From positions 1,524-65,523 of the forward strand of contig CAVUSR010000014.1 in the NCBI GenBank assembly GCA_963744185.1: a stretch of 64,000 nt of DNA, given 5' to 3'. Each line of letters opens with the position of its first letter. The first letter of the stretch is position 1. A program made the translations under genes and the position numbers. The notes under the pieces were generated by a model that was not told where the DNA came from, ran no database searches, and was given only the letters and a program-made list of their open reading frames with translations. The stretch is from an uncultured Acidobacteriota bacterium (GTDB taxonomy: Bacteria; Acidobacteriota; Terriglobia; Terriglobales; Acidobacteriaceae). Shown here piece by piece: positions 46,151 through 55,850 of this stretch.

Positions 46151-46599
46151 TTGTCGATGGCGAGGGTCAGGGGCTCGAAGTGCTTGCCTTCTTCAGTGGC
46201 GCCGGCTAAGAGGAAGGCATTGGTGACGGCAGCCTTTCCGTGGATGACTTGGGTTATGACGTAGACGCAGCTTAACCAGTGGGCTTCAGCCAAGTCGGTC
46301 AGGGACCATTGCGCGGGGTGGTCGGGGTGGGAGTGGTAGAAGCCGGCGATGTCGAGGCCCTGGCTCATGGCGTCGCGCTGGATTTTGACGAGTTCCACGG
46401 GCGCGATCTGATAGCGGTTGTGGGCGGAGTCGGTGCGGGTGTTGCCGGCACGTACGGCGCTGACAATGCGCCAGCCTTCCGGGGTGGATGTGCCGAGGAG
46501 AGCGCCGCAGCACTCGTGGGGGTAGGTTTCCTCGCCGTGGACACGGATGTCGGCGAGGATGGATTGCGGGATGTGGAGCGCGGTCATGGGATGAAGCAA
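46147..46599 (-). CDS. mec: JAMM/MPN+ metalloprotease (Mec-like)
   Basis: 150 aa with a complete JAMM motif: E in YPHECCGALLG, then HSHPDHPAQWSLTD (H-x-H-x7-S-x2-D). Confidence 0.85.
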   Translation of the reverse strand: MLHPMTALHIPQSILADIRVHGEETYPHECCGALLGTSTPEGWRIVSAVRAGNTRTDSAHNRYQIAPVELVKIQRDAMSQGLDIAGFYHSHPDHPAQWSLTDLAEAHWLSCVYVITQVIHGKAAVTNAFLLAGATEEGKHFEPLTLAIDN

Positions 46600-46623
46600 G
46601 TTTAGCTTGCCGTGTGCGGCAAC

Positions 46624-47607
46624 TCAGATGGAGAAGGACTCCGGTTCCGGGTCTTCCCAGAAGCGCTCGCTGAGGTACTTGTCGGCGGAGTCGGGGAGGA
46701 TAGTGACGATCACGGCGGACCGGCCCGCGAGCGATTCTTCATTGGCAATTTGCAAACTAGCGACGACGGCGGCAGCGGCGGAGATGCCGACCATGAGGCC
46801 TTCTTCGCGGGCGAGGCGTTTGGCCATGGCGTAGGCGGCTTCGGTTTCGATCTCGAGGTTGCGGTCGGCGAGGTGGGGATTGTAGATGGCGGGCACGATG
46901 GAAGAGCCCATGTGCTTCATGCCTTCAAGGCCGTGGAAGGGCGAGTCGGGCTGGAAGCTGATGGCCTGGATCGAGGGGTTGAGCTCCTTGAGGCGGCGGG
47001 TGGTGCCCATAAAGGTGCCGCTGGTGCCGAGGCCGGCGACGAAGTGGGTAACCTGGCCGGCGGTCTGCTGCCAGATTTCGGGGGCGGTGGTGCGGTAGTG
47101 GGCGAGCCAGTTGGCGTCGTTGGAGTACTGGTCGGCGTAGTAGTAGCGGGCGGGGTCATTGCCGGCAAGCTCGCGGGCGCGGCGGATGGCGCCGTCGGAG
47201 CCCTGGTCGGGCGGGGTCCAGTCGATGACGGCCCCGTAGGCCCGGAGGATGCGCTTGCGCTCGGGAGAGACGTTGGAGGGCATGGCGAGATGGACGGGGA
47301 AGCCGAGCGCGGCGCCGAGCATGGCAAAGGCGATGCCGGTGTTGCCACTGGTGGCGTCGAGAAGGGTTTTGTCCGGGGTGAGGAGACCGCGCGCTACGGC
47401 GTCGCGGACCATGCTGGCGGCGGGGCGGTCTTTGACGCTGCCGCCAGGGTTGTGCCATTCGGCCTTGGCCAAGAGAGTAATGCGGCTGTTCGCGGCTCCG
47501 CCGTTTCTTCCCAAAAGATCGCGGGCGATCTGGTCGAGGCGGACGAGGGGGGTGTTGCCGATGCGGTCGGGAAGGGAGGAGCCGAGTTGGGAGGGTGCGT
47601 TCATCAC
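46624..47607 (-). CDS. cysM: PLP-dependent cysteine synthase (CysM-like, thiocarboxylate-dependent type)
   Basis: 327 aa. IGNTPLVRL..., ...NPGGSVKDRPA (PLP Lys)..., ...TSGNTGIA... and ...GLGTSGTFMG are cysteine synthase motifs. It lies next to mec in a cysO/moeZ context. Confidence 0.9.
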   Translation of the reverse strand: MMNAPSQLGSSLPDRIGNTPLVRLDQIARDLLGRNGGAANSRITLLAKAEWHNPGGSVKDRPAASMVRDAVARGLLTPDKTLLDATSGNTGIAFAMLGAALGFPVHLAMPSNVSPERKRILRAYGAVIDWTPPDQGSDGAIRRARELAGNDPARYYYADQYSNDANWLAHYRTTAPEIWQQTAGQVTHFVAGLGTSGTFMGTTRRLKELNPSIQAISFQPDSPFHGLEGMKHMGSSIVPAIYNPHLADRNLEIETEAAYAMAKRLAREEGLMVGISAAAAVVASLQIANEESLAGRSAVIVTILPDSADKYLSERFWEDPEPESFSI

Positions 47608-47656
47608 GTGGATTGCGGCAGGCTCCGGGTATCATGAAGGTGCGAGGGGAAGCCGT

Positions 47657-48160
47657 ATGCTTCCTTTATCCTCGCAGACGGGAAAGCGACGGATGGCTCG
47701 AAAAAAGAAACAGTTGAGTTTTGAGCAGATGCTGGATGCGCTGCGCGCGCACGGGTTCGAGGTTTCGCCGAGTAAGGCAGCGCCCAACGGGATGCAGGTG
47801 GCGAAGAACGGGGTGGCGGCGGTGATTGTGCCGGGGGTGACGGACGATCGCTTTGAGAGCGGCGGCGAGAAGCTGGCGGTAACGCCGGGGATCGTGGTAC
47901 GCGGAGAGATTGCGCGATTGCTGGATCGGGGTTATCAGAAGTTTATTAAGACCTCCCAATATGAATTGCCGGCTACGGCCATCCAGTTGCAAGCCATCCA
48001 CGCGTTTACTGAAGAACTGAACCAGGTGACTGGGTCGCTGGGGCTGTACAACGAGTCGTTGGGTACGACGAGCGACGTGTACCAGTACGACCGGCTGCTG
48101 GGGCGGGAAGCCCCGGAGCCGAAGGCGAAGCGTCCCTGGGAGCTGGCCGGGGGGCACTGA
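47657..48160 (+). CDS. hypothetical protein
   Basis: ATG 47657 is preceded by GAGGGGA at a 6-nt spacing, with an alternative ATG at 47693. The product (…MARKKKQLSFEQMLDALRAHGFEV...) has no family I recognise. It is divergent from cysM. Confidence 0.55.
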   Translation: MLPLSSQTGKRRMARKKKQLSFEQMLDALRAHGFEVSPSKAAPNGMQVAKNGVAAVIVPGVTDDRFESGGEKLAVTPGIVVRGEIARLLDRGYQKFIKTSQYELPATAIQLQAIHAFTEELNQVTGSLGLYNESLGTTSDVYQYDRLLGREAPEPKAKRPWELAGGH

Positions 48161-48190
48161 GGGAACGCTCTGGCCGGCGAGGAGGCTGGA

Positions 48191-48787
48191 GTGTTGCCGA
48201 TGAGTCAACCGCCGAATGGGACGGCCCAGGAGCGCAGGGGCTTCGCGCGCCATGCGGTGGACTCCGAGGCTACGGTGTTCCTGGTGGACTTGCGCGCGCT
48301 GATCAAGGGTCGGATTGTGGATGTGAGCCTGGGCGGCTGCCGCATCCGGTCGCAGGAGCGGTTTCCGCTGGGGATTTACCGGCGCGTCGAGGTGGAGTTT
48401 GTGCTGGACGGATTGCCGTTCCGGCTGGCGGGAGTGGTGCAGACGGTGCACGACCGGTACACAATCGGGATCCGGCTGCTGGACCTGAGCGACCGCAAGC
48501 GCGAACAGCTGGCTGCGTTGATGGAAGAGTTGGGCGAGGCGGAGCGGCTGGAGAGCGGCGGGGATGAAGGGCCGCGGGCGGAGATTCCCTCTAGCATAAG
48601 GTCAGGAGCGCCTGGAGCGGGCGGCGCGCTCGCGTTGCAGTTCGCGGTAGAGCTCGCTTTTGGAGCGGTCAAGCTCGCGGGCAAGGCGCTTGAGGGCTTC
48701 TTTCTCATCAATTGCAAATTCGGACTGCAGGCTGGCTACGCGCACGGAGATGGATGCGGCGGTGGTGGCAGCGCTGGTGGCGGCTGA
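48191..48787 (+). CDS. PilZ-domain protein (c-di-GMP receptor type); 3' end doubtful
   Basis: The RRGFARHAV... and ...DVSLGGCRI... motifs (RxxxR and D-x-S-x-x-G) define PilZ. The last 186 nt of the ORF run antisense through rsmI and look non-native. Confidence 0.7.
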   Translation: MLPMSQPPNGTAQERRGFARHAVDSEATVFLVDLRALIKGRIVDVSLGGCRIRSQERFPLGIYRRVEVEFVLDGLPFRLAGVVQTVHDRYTIGIRLLDLSDRKREQLAALMEELGEAERLESGGDEGPRAEIPSSIRSGAPGAGGALALQFAVELAFGAVKLAGKALEGFFLINCKFGLQAGYAHGDGCGGGGSAGGG

Positions 48788-49531
48788 ACTGCTGCGGGCG
48801 GGGGCCTGAATGAGGAGGGTGATCTCGCCGCGGACGCGATCGCGGGAGGCCATTTCGGCGCGGATTTGGGCGACTGGGCCGCGCAGAAACTCTTCGTGAA
48901 CCTTGGTGAGCTCGCGCGCAACGACGATGCGGAGATTGGGGCCAAAGACGGCTTCGAGGTCGGCGAGCGTGTCGAGGATGCGGTGAGGGGCTTCGTAGAA
49001 GACCAGGGTGCGTTCGAGGTCGGCAGCATCGGAAGCGAGAGATTCAAGGCGGGTGCGGCGCTGGCCGGCCTTCTCGGGCAGGAAGCCAAGGAAATGAAAC
49101 TCGGTGGTGGGCAGGCCACTGGCAACCAGGGCGCTGAGCGCGGCGTTGGCGCCGGGAATGGGAATGACCGGGACGCCGGCTTCGATGGCAGCGGCCGCGA
49201 GGGCCATGCCGGGGTCGCTGATGCCCGGCATGCCGGCGTCGGAAACAACGGCGATGCGGACGCCGGACTGCAGCGATGCGACGAGAGAGGCGGCGCGCTC
49301 GCGCTCGTTGTGCTCGTGGAGGCTTTCAGTCGGAGTTGCGATCTGGAAGTGATTAAGGAGCTTCTGGGTCTGCCGGGTGTCTTCGCAGGCAATGCGGTCG
49401 ACGCGGCGAAGGACATCGAGGGCGCGGAGGGTAATGTCAGTGAGATTTCCAATGGGAGTGGCGACCAGATAGAGGCCGGGAGCCAGGGGGGACGCGTCGG
49501 GTGCGGCGTGGGTGGAGTCGTTGGTCATCAT
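48602..49531 (-). CDS. rsmI: 16S rRNA (cytidine1402-2'-O)-methyltransferase RsmI
   Basis: LYLVATPIGNLTDITLRALDVLRRVDRIACEDTRQTQKLLNHF, VSDAGMPGISDPG and the C-terminal helical tail (EKEALKRLARELDRSKSELYRE) are typical of RsmI. Confidence 0.9.
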   Translation of the reverse strand: MMTNDSTHAAPDASPLAPGLYLVATPIGNLTDITLRALDVLRRVDRIACEDTRQTQKLLNHFQIATPTESLHEHNERERAASLVASLQSGVRIAVVSDAGMPGISDPGMALAAAAIEAGVPVIPIPGANAALSALVASGLPTTEFHFLGFLPEKAGQRRTRLESLASDAADLERTLVFYEAPHRILDTLADLEAVFGPNLRIVVARELTKVHEEFLRGPVAQIRAEMASRDRVRGEITLLIQAPARSSSAATSAATTAASISVRVASLQSEFAIDEKEALKRLARELDRSKSELYRELQRERAARSRRS

Positions 49532-49609
49532 TAACGAGTTAGCGGCCGCTGCGCGGCCATGGCAAGTTGGCGAGTTGGCGGCGGGAGTGAGGAGATGGCG
49601 CCCGCTGGA

Positions 49610-50731
49610 TTACTGAGGGGCTTCTTCGCGTTCGTAGCGGCGCTGTTCGGCGAGAAGGGTCATGGAACTCATGAGGTTCTGAACGCTGACGATGCCGACC
49701 ACGCGGCCGCTTTCCGTGACGGGAATGAGGGAGAGGCCGCGGCCGGCGGTGATGCGGCGGATAGTGGCGCCGAGGGTGTCTTCGGGGCGGGCGACCTGGA
49801 AGGCGCGGGACATGACCGATTGCACGTAGCCGTTACCCTCGTTGCGCAGGGCATCGAGGATGCGCTGGCGGGAGACGATGCCGACGAGCTGCGGGCCGCG
49901 CACGACGGGGAAATCCTCCTGGAGCGAGTGAACGCAGCGGGACAGGGCGTCGGCGAGGGTGTCGGAGGGGGAGAGGGTGGCGAAGTCGGTGAGCATGACT
50001 TCGCGCATGCGGACCGTGTCGACGACGGACTGGAAGAAGACTCCCTGATCTTCGACCTGGGCGCCGATCATGATGAAGAAGCCGGCGATGACGAGCCAGG
50101 GACTGTGGAGGAGCCATCCTCCGACCATCGCGCCGAGGGCGATCAGCTGTCCGAGGCCGGTGGCGGCGCGGGTGGCGGCTCCAGCGCCGTACATTTGCGT
50201 GAAACTGGTGCGGACGATGCGGCCGCAGTCGAGCGGGTAAGCGGGCAACAGGTGGAGAGCGCCCAGTCCGGCCTGCATCCAGGCCATGCTGCGCAGCAAG
50301 TAAGCGGAGCTGATCCAGGGCTGGCCAAAGATGTTGAAGTTGGCGGAGGCTCCGAGGAAGAGGGCGGCTAGAGCGACGGCGGTGGCTCCGTTGGCGAGTG
50401 GGCCTGCCAGGGCGAGGGCGAATTGGCCGGCGCCCTCGGTGGCGATTTCCTGGCTCTCGGGATTGGCGTAGGCAAACATACCGCCAATGGGGAGCAGGAG
50501 AATGGCGCGCAGCTTGAGCCCCAACCAGGCGGCGACGAGGAGGCGGGCGATTTCACGCACCACCACTGCGGCGCAAAGGATGAAGAAGAGAGCGAATCCG
50601 CGTGTGATGGGGTGTTGTGGGGACTCAGAGAGGCCAAGGCCCAGGCAGACGAGAGCGAGGAGCAGAAAGAAGGTATGGATGCGCATTTCCACGCCCCACC
50701 ACCGACCTAAAGGAATTGACCATCCTCGCAT
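49610..50731 (-). CDS. site-2-protease (M50) family membrane protein with tandem CBS domains; HExxH replaced by RExxR
   Basis: The M50 architecture is present: GVEMRIHTFFLLLAL, LLLPIGGMF, LAGPLAN and LLPAYPLDCGRI, plus two CBS modules. At the zinc-site position the sequence is VVVREIARLLVAAWLG (nt 50543-50557). Confidence 0.8.
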   Translation of the reverse strand: MRGWSIPLGRWWGVEMRIHTFFLLLALVCLGLGLSESPQHPITRGFALFFILCAAVVVREIARLLVAAWLGLKLRAILLLPIGGMFAYANPESQEIATEGAGQFALALAGPLANGATAVALAALFLGASANFNIFGQPWISSAYLLRSMAWMQAGLGALHLLPAYPLDCGRIVRTSFTQMYGAGAATRAATGLGQLIALGAMVGGWLLHSPWLVIAGFFIMIGAQVEDQGVFFQSVVDTVRMREVMLTDFATLSPSDTLADALSRCVHSLQEDFPVVRGPQLVGIVSRQRILDALRNEGNGYVQSVMSRAFQVARPEDTLGATIRRITAGRGLSLIPVTESGRVVGIVSVQNLMSSMTLLAEQRRYEREEAPQ

Positions 50732-50786
50732 GCAACCATTGTAGAGGGTCAGGCGTCACGGGCTGTTTCGATTATTCTTGGGTGCG

Positions 50787-51378
50787 ATGCGGATCATCGG
50801 GGGATGGCTGGGTTCGCGGACGCTGCAGGCTCCGCCGGGACTGTCGACGAGGCCGACCAGCGACCGGTTGCGGGAGACGCTCTTCAATGTGCTGGCGCCG
50901 CGAATGGAGGGCGCTGCGTTTCTGGATTTATTTGCTGGTTCGGGCGCGGTGGGGATTGAGGCGCTGAGCCGAGGTGCGGAGCGCGTGGTGTTTGTGGAGC
51001 GGGCGGCACCGGCGCTGAAGGTGTTGCGCGCAAACCTGGCGCGGCTGGACATAAAAAGAGGATTTGAGATTTATGGCGGGAACCGTGAATGCGTTTCTGC
51101 GGCGGGGCGCATCGAGAGTGGGATTTGACGTCGTGTTTCTGGATCCGCCGTATGATGCAGAAGCTGAGTATGCGGCGGTTTTGGGACTCCTGGGTCGTGC
51201 GGCGGCGGAGTTTCTGAGGCCAGGCGCGATGGTGGTGGCGGAGCATCGGCGCAAGCAAAAGCTCGAACTCGAATATGGAACGCTCACGCGGTCGCGTTTG
51301 CTGGAGCAGGGCGATGCCGCTTTGAGTTTTTATCCGGTGGCGGTGAAGCAACTGGATGCAACGGAAGGACCGGAATGA
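50787..51378 (+). pseudogene. rsmD: 16S rRNA (guanine966-N2)-methyltransferase RsmD, frame broken by a 1-nt indel
   Basis: [36 protein letters not shown]...[18 protein letters not shown] is in frame 0. [10 protein letters not shown]...DVVFLDPPY...VVAEH is in frame +1 from about 51064. Removing one T from the run at 51070-51072 restores ...[11 protein letters not shown].... Confidence 0.75.
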
Positions 51379-53699
51379 AGATGTGCGGGGAATGGTTGGC
51401 GGCTTTGGCGGTGAGTGCCGGGATGTTGCATGCGCAGGCCTGGGTGATTGGGCCGTTTGCCCGGCCGGCGAGCGGGAATCCGGTGATTACGCCGCGGCCG
51501 CAGTCGACATTCGAGGATCCGATCCAGCATGCGGGGGTGCACTGGGAGGCGCTGCACACGTTCAATCCGGCGGCCATGGTGCGCGACCACAAGGTTTATG
51601 TGCTGTATCGCGCGGAGGACGACTCGGGCACGATGCAGATCGGCATGCACACGTCGCGGCTGGGGCTGGCGGAGAGCGCGGACGGAGTGCACTTCACGCG
51701 GCGCGGCGAGCCGATCTTTTATCCCGCGGAGGACGATCAGAAAGCACGGGAGTGGCCCGGCGGGGTGGAAGACCCGCGAATCGTGGAGCGCGAGGATGGG
51801 ACCTATGTGCTCACGTACACGCAGTGGAATCGCGAAACCTATTCGGTGGGGATTGCGAGCTCGACCGACCTGGAGCACTGGACCAAGCATGGGCCGGCAT
51901 TCCTTGCAGCGGAGGGCGGCAAATACGCGGCGCTGAAGTACAAGTCGGCGGGGATTGTGACGGCGCTGGATGCGGCGAAGGGGCGGCTGATTGCGGCGAA
52001 GATCGATGGGAAGTACTGGATGTACTGGGGCGAAGGAGCGATCCACCTGGCGACGTCTCCGGACTTGATTGCGTGGACGCCGGTGGAAGACAAGGATGGA
52101 AAGCCGATTGAGTTACTGAAGCCGCGGAAGGGGCACTTCGACAGCACATTTCCGGAGACCGGACCGCCGCCGGTGCTGACGGAGAAGGGAATCGTGGTGC
52201 TGTACAACGGCAAGAACGCGGATACCGGCGGGGACCCGAAGCTGGGGCCGAGCGCGTATGCCGCCGGCGAAGCGCTGTTCGATGCCAAAGACCCGGCGCA
52301 CCGCATTGCGCAGATCGACGAGCCGGTGTTGAAGCCGGAGCTGCCTTACGAGAAGACAGGCCAGTATGCAGCGGGAACCACCTTTGCCGAAGGGCTGGTG
52401 TTCTTCCACGGCAAGTGGTTTTTGTACTACGGCTGCGCTGACTCGCTGGTAGCCGTTGCGACGGCGCCTGCGGCTGCCCCGGAGAAGGGCGTGTCGCGCG
52501 GGTTCTATCTGCACAACGACGATACGGTGGTGATGTACGGCGACAGCATTACGGAGCAGAACTACTACAACCAGTGGGTGCAGCTCTACACCATCACGCG
52601 GTTTCCGCTCATGCGCGTGCATTTCTACGACGAGGGCATCGGCGGCGACCGCGTGACGGGCGGGTGGGCTGGACCGATCGATGAACGACTGGCGCGCGAC
52701 GTGTTTCCGCGGAAGCCGACAGTGGTTTCGATCATGCTGGGAATGAACGACGGTGGGTATCGAGCCACCACCGCGGAAATCGACGCGTCGTATCGAACCG
52801 GTTATGAGCACATTCTTAATTCGTTGAAGGAGCATGTGCCCGACGCGCGGGTTACGCTGTTGGGGCCGTCGCCATTCGATGAAGTGGCCGGGCCGCCGAT
52901 GTTTCCGGGCGGATACAACTCCGTAATGCAGCATTTTGCCGATGTGGACCGCGAGTTGGCGCAGAAGACTGGGGCGACATTCGTGAACTTGAATCCGGCG
53001 GTGGTGGCGATGCTTGAGAAGGCGCAGGCGTTCGATCCGCAGGTGGCAAAGCTGCTGATTCCCGACCGCGTGCATCCTGAACCACTGGCGCATTGGGTAA
53101 TGGCGGAGGCTCTGCTGAAGGGATGGAATGCTCCGGCGGTGGTTTCCGCTGTGACCATCGACGCGCAGGGCGGGGGTGCGGTGCGCGCGGAAAACGCGGC
53201 CGTGACCGATTGGCGAGCGGATGGAAACACGATGAGCTGGACCGAGACGGAGAACGGGCTGCCGCTACCGCTGCTGAAGGATAATTCCCTGACGGCGCTG
53301 CTGCTGAAGCTGACGGATATTGAGGAGGCGTTGAATCAGGAGCCGCTGCGCGTCACGGGCTTGAACGCGGGGCAGTATGCGCTGCGAATCGACGATCGCG
53401 AAATTGGAGAGTTCTCGGCGGATGAGTTGGCAAAGGGCATCAACCTGGCGGAGTACAACACGCCGATGCGGCAGCAGGCGCAGGGAGTGAGCTGGGACGT
53501 TCGGGACCTGGTGGAGACGCACTACATCCACACGCGTATGCGAGTGAACAATGCGGACACGGGGGCGGAAGATGGCGCGAATCGCCTGCAGTCGTTTGAG
53601 GATTCGCTCGAAGACAAGATCTACGCGCGTGCTGCTCCCATGCCGCATCGGTTTGAGGTGAAGCCGGCGCCGGCCCCTACGCCGCAGAGCGCACAATAG
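51375..53699 (+). CDS. secreted two-domain protein: GH130-like glycosidase/phosphorylase fused to an SGNH/GDSL hydrolase
   Basis: Signal, then GH130-like beta-propeller motifs ([22 protein letters not shown]..., [44 protein letters not shown]). These are followed by SGNH blocks ([23 protein letters not shown]). Confidence 0.8.
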   Translation: MKMCGEWLAALAVSAGMLHAQAWVIGPFARPASGNPVITPRPQSTFEDPIQHAGVHWEALHTFNPAAMVRDHKVYVLYRAEDDSGTMQIGMHTSRLGLAESADGVHFTRRGEPIFYPAEDDQKAREWPGGVEDPRIVEREDGTYVLTYTQWNRETYSVGIASSTDLEHWTKHGPAFLAAEGGKYAALKYKSAGIVTALDAAKGRLIAAKIDGKYWMYWGEGAIHLATSPDLIAWTPVEDKDGKPIELLKPRKGHFDSTFPETGPPPVLTEKGIVVLYNGKNADTGGDPKLGPSAYAAGEALFDAKDPAHRIAQIDEPVLKPELPYEKTGQYAAGTTFAEGLVFFHGKWFLYYGCADSLVAVATAPAAAPEKGVSRGFYLHNDDTVVMYGDSITEQNYYNQWVQLYTITRFPLMRVHFYDEGIGGDRVTGGWAGPIDERLARDVFPRKPTVVSIMLGMNDGGYRATTAEIDASYRTGYEHILNSLKEHVPDARVTLLGPSPFDEVAGPPMFPGGYNSVMQHFADVDRELAQKTGATFVNLNPAVVAMLEKAQAFDPQVAKLLIPDRVHPEPLAHWVMAEALLKGWNAPAVVSAVTIDAQGGGAVRAENAAVTDWRADGNTMSWTETENGLPLPLLKDNSLTALLLKLTDIEEALNQEPLRVTGLNAGQYALRIDDREIGEFSADELAKGINLAEYNTPMRQQAQGVSWDVRDLVETHYIHTRMRVNNADTGAEDGANRLQSFEDSLEDKIYARAAPMPHRFEVKPAPAPTPQSAQ

Positions 53700-53703
53700 A
53701 CAC

Positions 53704-55663
53704 ATGACGGTGATTGACGCGAATTCGGTGCTGGAGAGTTCAGAGGAACTTTTTCGCGTGGCGACGCATGCGCGTGGGCCGGCGGGCGCGCTGCCGATTA
53801 CGGCGGAGATGCTGCTCAACGCGCCGTCTGGAAACCTGTTCGGGTTGACGCAGAATGCGGGGATGGGGTGGGAGCCTGCGCGGCTCCTCGATCCGGAGTT
53901 TCTGATCCTGAGCACGCACGGCGGGCTGCGCGCGGAAGACGGTACGCCCATTGCGCTTGGCTTTCACAGCGGACACTGGGAAGTCGGATTGCTCGTCGCG
54001 GAGGCTGCGCGCGAGTTGAAGCTGCTGCATGCAATTCCGTTTGCGGGGGCATGCACCGACCCATGCGACGGGCGCACGCAGGGTACGACGGGCATGATGG
54101 ATTCGCTGCCGTTTCGCAACGATGCGGCGACCGTGTTGCGCCGCCTGATGCGTTCGCTGCCCACGCGCAAGGGCGTGCTGGGCATTGCCACATGCGATAA
54201 GGGACTGCCGGCAATGATGATGGCGCTGGCGTCGGCGGGGCCGCTGCCCGCGGTGCTGGTGCCGGGGGGCGTGACGCTGTTGCCCGAAGACGGGGAAGAC
54301 GCGGGCAAGGTGCAGACGATTGGCGCGCGGTTCGCGCAGCAGCAGATCACGCTCGAATACGCGGCGGAGGTTGGTTGCCGGGCGTGCGCATCGCCGGGTG
54401 GGGGATGCCAGTTTCTAGGGCACTGCGGCTACATCGCAGGTGATTGGCGAAGCGCTGGGGTTGTCACTGCCGCATACGGCACTGGCGCCGTCGGGGCATC
54501 CCATATGGCTGGATGCGGCGCGGCGATCGGCGCGCGCGCTGGTGCGGCTGCAGCAGATGCAGGTGGGCGCGGCCGATGTGCTGACCGATGCTGCAGTGCG
54601 CAATGCCATGGTGCTGCATGCGGCGTTTGGCGGGTCGACGAATCTGCTGATCCATCTGCCCGCAATTGCGTTTTCCGCAGGGTTGCGACGGCCGACGGTG
54701 GATGACTGGGTGGCGATCAACCGCATGGTTCCGCGCTTGGTCGATGCACTGCCGAACGGGCCGCGCGGGTTTGCGACGGTGCAGGTTTTCCTGGCCGGCG
54801 GCGTGCCGGAGGTCATGCTGGAGTTGCGGGCTGCGGGGCTGCTGGATACGAGCGTGCGCACGGTGAGCGGCGAAACGCTGGATGCGTGCCTCGACTGGTG
54901 GCAGCAGAGCGAGCGGCGCGTGGCGCTGCGGAGGAGTCTTCGGGAGCAGGACGGGATTGATGCAGACGACGTGATCATGAGCCGCGACCGCGCGCATGCG
55001 AAAGGGCTGACGGCGACGGTGTGTTTTCCGATGGGAAATCTTGCACCCGAGGGATCGGTTATCAAAAGCACCGCGATTGACGCGTCGCTAATGGACGAGG
55101 CGAACGTGTATCGCCATCGCGGACCGGCGAAGGTATTTGTGACCGAAGAGGCGGCGATTGCGGCCATCAAGTCGGGGGCGGTGGCGCACGGCGACGTGTT
55201 GGTGCTGATCTGTGGAGGTCCGCAGGGCGCGGGGATGCAGGAAATCTATCAGGTGACATCGGCGCTTAAGCAACTGCCGCACTGCAAGCATGTCGCGGTG
55301 ATCACGGATGCGCGGTTCAGCGGGGTATCGACAGGTGCATGCGTGGGACATGTTTCGCCGGAGGCGCTGGCAGGCGGGCCAGTGGGCAAGGTGCGCGATG
55401 GCGATCAGATTGAGGTTGTGATCGATCGCGAGGGGTTGACGGGTTCGGTGAACCTGGTTGGCGATGTGGAGACTGTATTTGGCGCGGAGGAAGGCGCGAA
55501 GGAATTGGCGGCGCGGAAGCCGCGCGTGGATTTGCGACCGCATCCCGCATTGCCGGAGGATACGCGACTGTGGGCGGCGCTGGTACAGGCCAGCGGAGGC
55601 GTCTGGGGCGGGTGCGTGTATGACGTGGACGGCATCGTGGCTGCGCTCCAATCCGCGAGGTAG
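53704..55663 (+). pseudogene. IlvD/Edd-family sugar-acid dehydratase (YjhG/YagF-like), frame broken by a 1-nt indel
   Basis: The N-terminal half ends ...[10 protein letters not shown] in one frame. The family sequence continues as [19 protein letters not shown]... in the +1 frame (track ORF 54440..55663). Deleting one G from the run at 54418-54420 rejoins them. Confidence 0.8.
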
Positions 55664-55685
55664 CAGACGGTCTCCGTTTAGCGCA

Positions 55686-55850
55686 TCAGCGGGCTTTAAA
55701 GAACGGCCACACGATGAACGCGGCGGCCGCCATCGCGACCAGCAGAGCGAGGGCGATCAGGCTATAGGCGAGCACGAGATTGGGACCGGGTGATGGATTC
55801 TCTTCTTTGTCGCTAGGGCCGTGCCGGGAGGTGAGGCCGGGATCACTCAT
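55686..55850 (-). CDS. candidate 54-aa single-TM protein translationally coupled to the ABC permease gene
   Basis: It is below the track's size cutoff. ATG 55850 overlaps the permease stop (ATGAGTGA). The product is MSDPGLTSRHGPSDKEENPSPGPNLVLAYSLIALALLVAMAAAAFIVWPFFKAR, with a GC-rich third codon position like neighbouring genes. Confidence 0.4.
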   Translation of the reverse strand: MSDPGLTSRHGPSDKEENPSPGPNLVLAYSLIALALLVAMAAAAFIVWPFFKAR

